From Colwelliaceae bacterium (lineage in GTDB: Bacteria; Pseudomonadota; Gammaproteobacteria; Enterobacterales; Alteromonadaceae), in NCBI GenBank assembly GCA_023954655.1, contig JAGSHH010000001.1, positions 1-63,288 of the forward strand: 63,288 bases of DNA, in the 5' to 3' direction. This document shows positions 61,398 through 63,288 of the stretch, piece by piece (positions within the stretch are counted from its first letter, which is position 1; every line of letters starts with the position of its first letter). Under the pieces are notes generated by a model that saw nothing but the letters and a program-made list of their open reading frames with translations, made no database searches and was not told where the DNA came from. The position numbers were made by a program, and so were the translations under genes.

Positions 61398-62072
61398 ATG
61401 AAGAATAATAAAAACATATACATAGTACCTCATAATTCAACTGACACTATGAAAAACTTGGAGTCTTTAATTGGATCATTAGGATTTAATGTGCATGTAG
61501 TCGATGCGAATCCGTTTATACTTACCAACAAACCTGCAGGCATTATTATTATAGATTACACGTCTGTATCATTAACTGAAGAAAAGTTACCAAAACAAAC
61601 CGATATATATGCACGTAAACATAAAATTTTACTGGTGAACTTGTCAGTTGGAGTTATTAATGAAGCCATTGCTATCCAGCGCGGTTGTACTGGCGCAATA
61701 TACGACAATTTAAGAGCAGATGAAGTTATTAAAGCAATCTATGCGGTGCAGCAAAACGAGTATTGGTTTAGTCGTAAAAATATAAGCCTTGCATTAAGTA
61801 ATATTTTGCAACATGGTTCTGGTAGCCAAGAGCCACAATTAACCCAAGAACAATTAACAACCATTAACAGCCTAACTCGTCGTGAAAAGGCTATTGTCAG
61901 CTTAGTATGTAAAGGTTCAAGTAATAATGATATTGCTGAATCGTTATTTATCAGTTGTCATACTGTCAAAACGCATATCTATAGTGCCTTTAGAAAAACC
62001 CAATGTAAGAATCGAGTAGAGTTAATATATTGGGCAATGAAGAATGCGATGGCGGCAGAGCTAACTGCATAA
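61398..62072 (+). CDS. LuxR-family regulator with atypical receiver domain (CsgD/VpsT-like)
   Basis: HTH LTRREKAIVSLVCKGSSNNDIAESLFISCHTVKTHIY; YWFSR; GGAG RBS. Confidence 0.85.
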   Translation: MKNNKNIYIVPHNSTDTMKNLESLIGSLGFNVHVVDANPFILTNKPAGIIIIDYTSVSLTEEKLPKQTDIYARKHKILLVNLSVGVINEAIAIQRGCTGAIYDNLRADEVIKAIYAVQQNEYWFSRKNISLALSNILQHGSGSQEPQLTQEQLTTINSLTRREKAIVSLVCKGSSNNDIAESLFISCHTVKTHIYSAFRKTQCKNRVELIYWAMKNAMAAELTA

Positions 62073-62075
62073 TAT

Positions 62076-63288
62076 TTAAAGTTCACCATCAGTTTCTGAG
62101 TTTGTAAAATTGATCTTAACTATGTTGGTATCAATATCTTCTTCTGTTTCAAGCAAAATGCGGTGATTAAAATGATCGTAACTTAAACCGCCAAAAGGAT
62201 TTGGCTCACTACTGCTAACTAATTCCGGTGGCGATTGTTCAAAACGTTGAAAATATAACCCTCTGTTAGTATCGTTGCCGATCTTAGTAAAATAAATACC
62301 TTCTGATGTACTTATCCAATTTCTTAATTGAAAAGGACTCGAAGGCTTATTTATCAATAACTTAGTCGTATCATGACTTCTATTATAAAGAAATATGCCA
62401 CCACTCCCATCTTGATAAACGATGTTGCCATCTAAAAACTCAGCATAAACAGCATCATCGATTAACGGCTTACTATTGATTGTACCTTTAATTTCAATAT
62501 TAGGGTTATGCTCAACAAGAAAACTGCTTTTACCCTTAACGATATAATAAAGCTTACTGTCAGAATCAAACACAGGGAAACTCGCACGAATATGCTTATC
62601 CGTTATCCACTTGAATTCTGCTGTAGCTACGGTAAATTGAAATAATCGATCATCTGTTTGTCCAACGACAACTTCTCCAGAGGGTTCAGTAACCAAATTA
62701 AAGTAAGCGCGATGTTCGTTAAATTCAGAAATCTGACGATCAACACCGCCGCGTTCACGCAGCCAAAACTGAAACATACCACTGCGATCAGAAACATAAA
62801 CTGTACTTGTTTTATTTAGCTGCACTGCATTTTTGTCATTTGCTGTCGAGGCGATCAACAACTTTTGTTGATGTGCAATCTCAGGAGTTAATGAAATTGA
62901 TGAAATGTCGTATTGTGTCTGGTTTCCTAATACAGCGTATACTCCACCATCGCCGCGCTGATTAGTAAGACTATTGAGGCGGTTATCATTTAAAATACTA
63001 TAGGTAACATCATCACTTTCCAGATTATAGTAAATAAATTGATTAAATCTTTTCTCAAAAAAAATAATTTCGTTACTATCTTTCGACCAAGAAATTGAAT
63101 GTAAATACGGCCCATTACTACTCCAAATAACTTTTTCATAATCAAGGTTATCTAGCCTTTTTAATACCACTTGATTTGCACCATTGTCGGTACGAACAAA
63201 AGCAAGTTTTTCGCCATCAGGAGAGAGCTTTTGATAGTAATCAGAGACGTTGGATGTATTAGGGTTTGAAACCCTTATTTTTTCCTTA
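62076..63288 (-). CDS. TolB/PD40-type beta-propeller protein, 5' end outside window
   Basis: Frame stays open to the window end (KEKIRVSNP..LSPDGEKLAFVR); ISWSKDS and VYVSDRSGMFQFW repeats. Confidence 0.8.
   Translation of the reverse strand, partial: KEKIRVSNPNTSNVSDYYQKLSPDGEKLAFVRTDNGANQVVLKRLDNLDYEKVIWSSNGPYLHSISWSKDSNEIIFFEKRFNQFIYYNLESDDVTYSILNDNRLNSLTNQRGDGGVYAVLGNQTQYDISSISLTPEIAHQQKLLIASTANDKNAVQLNKTSTVYVSDRSGMFQFWLRERGGVDRQISEFNEHRAYFNLVTEPSGEVVVGQTDDRLFQFTVATAEFKWITDKHIRASFPVFDSDSKLYYIVKGKSSFLVEHNPNIEIKGTINSKPLIDDAVYAEFLDGNIVYQDGSGGIFLYNRSHDTTKLLINKPSSPFQLRNWISTSEGIYFTKIGNDTNRGLYFQRFEQSPPELVSSSEPNPFGGLSYDHFNHRILLETEEDIDTNIVKINFTNSETDGEL

Overview
AT-rich chromosomal segment whose gene content resembles marine Alteromonadales (Colwellia/Thalassotalea-like; inference). 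It is mostly core genome: two initiator tRNA-Met genes, pldA, rlmI, hrpA, recCBD, MoxR/DUF58/transglutaminase, fnr-uspE, pdsO/pdsR/pdsS, queE/queC, lysC with a lysine riboswitch, elyC, gloB-mltD, rluC-rne, a MiaE-like gene, a large Asp-rich repeat surface protein with a GlyGly-CTERM tail, asnB, and a decayed accessory-looking right end (gene remnants, a LexA-like box, a CsgD/VpsT-like regulator and a truncated PD40 propeller gene). I saw no CRISPR array, integrase or transposase. The best candidate for an undescribed system is a translationally coupled GCS2-type amide ligase plus M14 amidohydrolase pair behind an FNR box in class II geometry, divergent from the MoxR-DUF58-transglutaminase operon. 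Other candidates are a MiaE-like hydroxylase plus GT-A glycosyltransferase pair, a Pds locus lacking its sortase and target, a zincin-like protein that lost HExxH but has CxxC, and a secreted pyroglutamyl peptidase homolog with Ser in place of Cys. All family calls come from motif recognition by eye; no searches were run.
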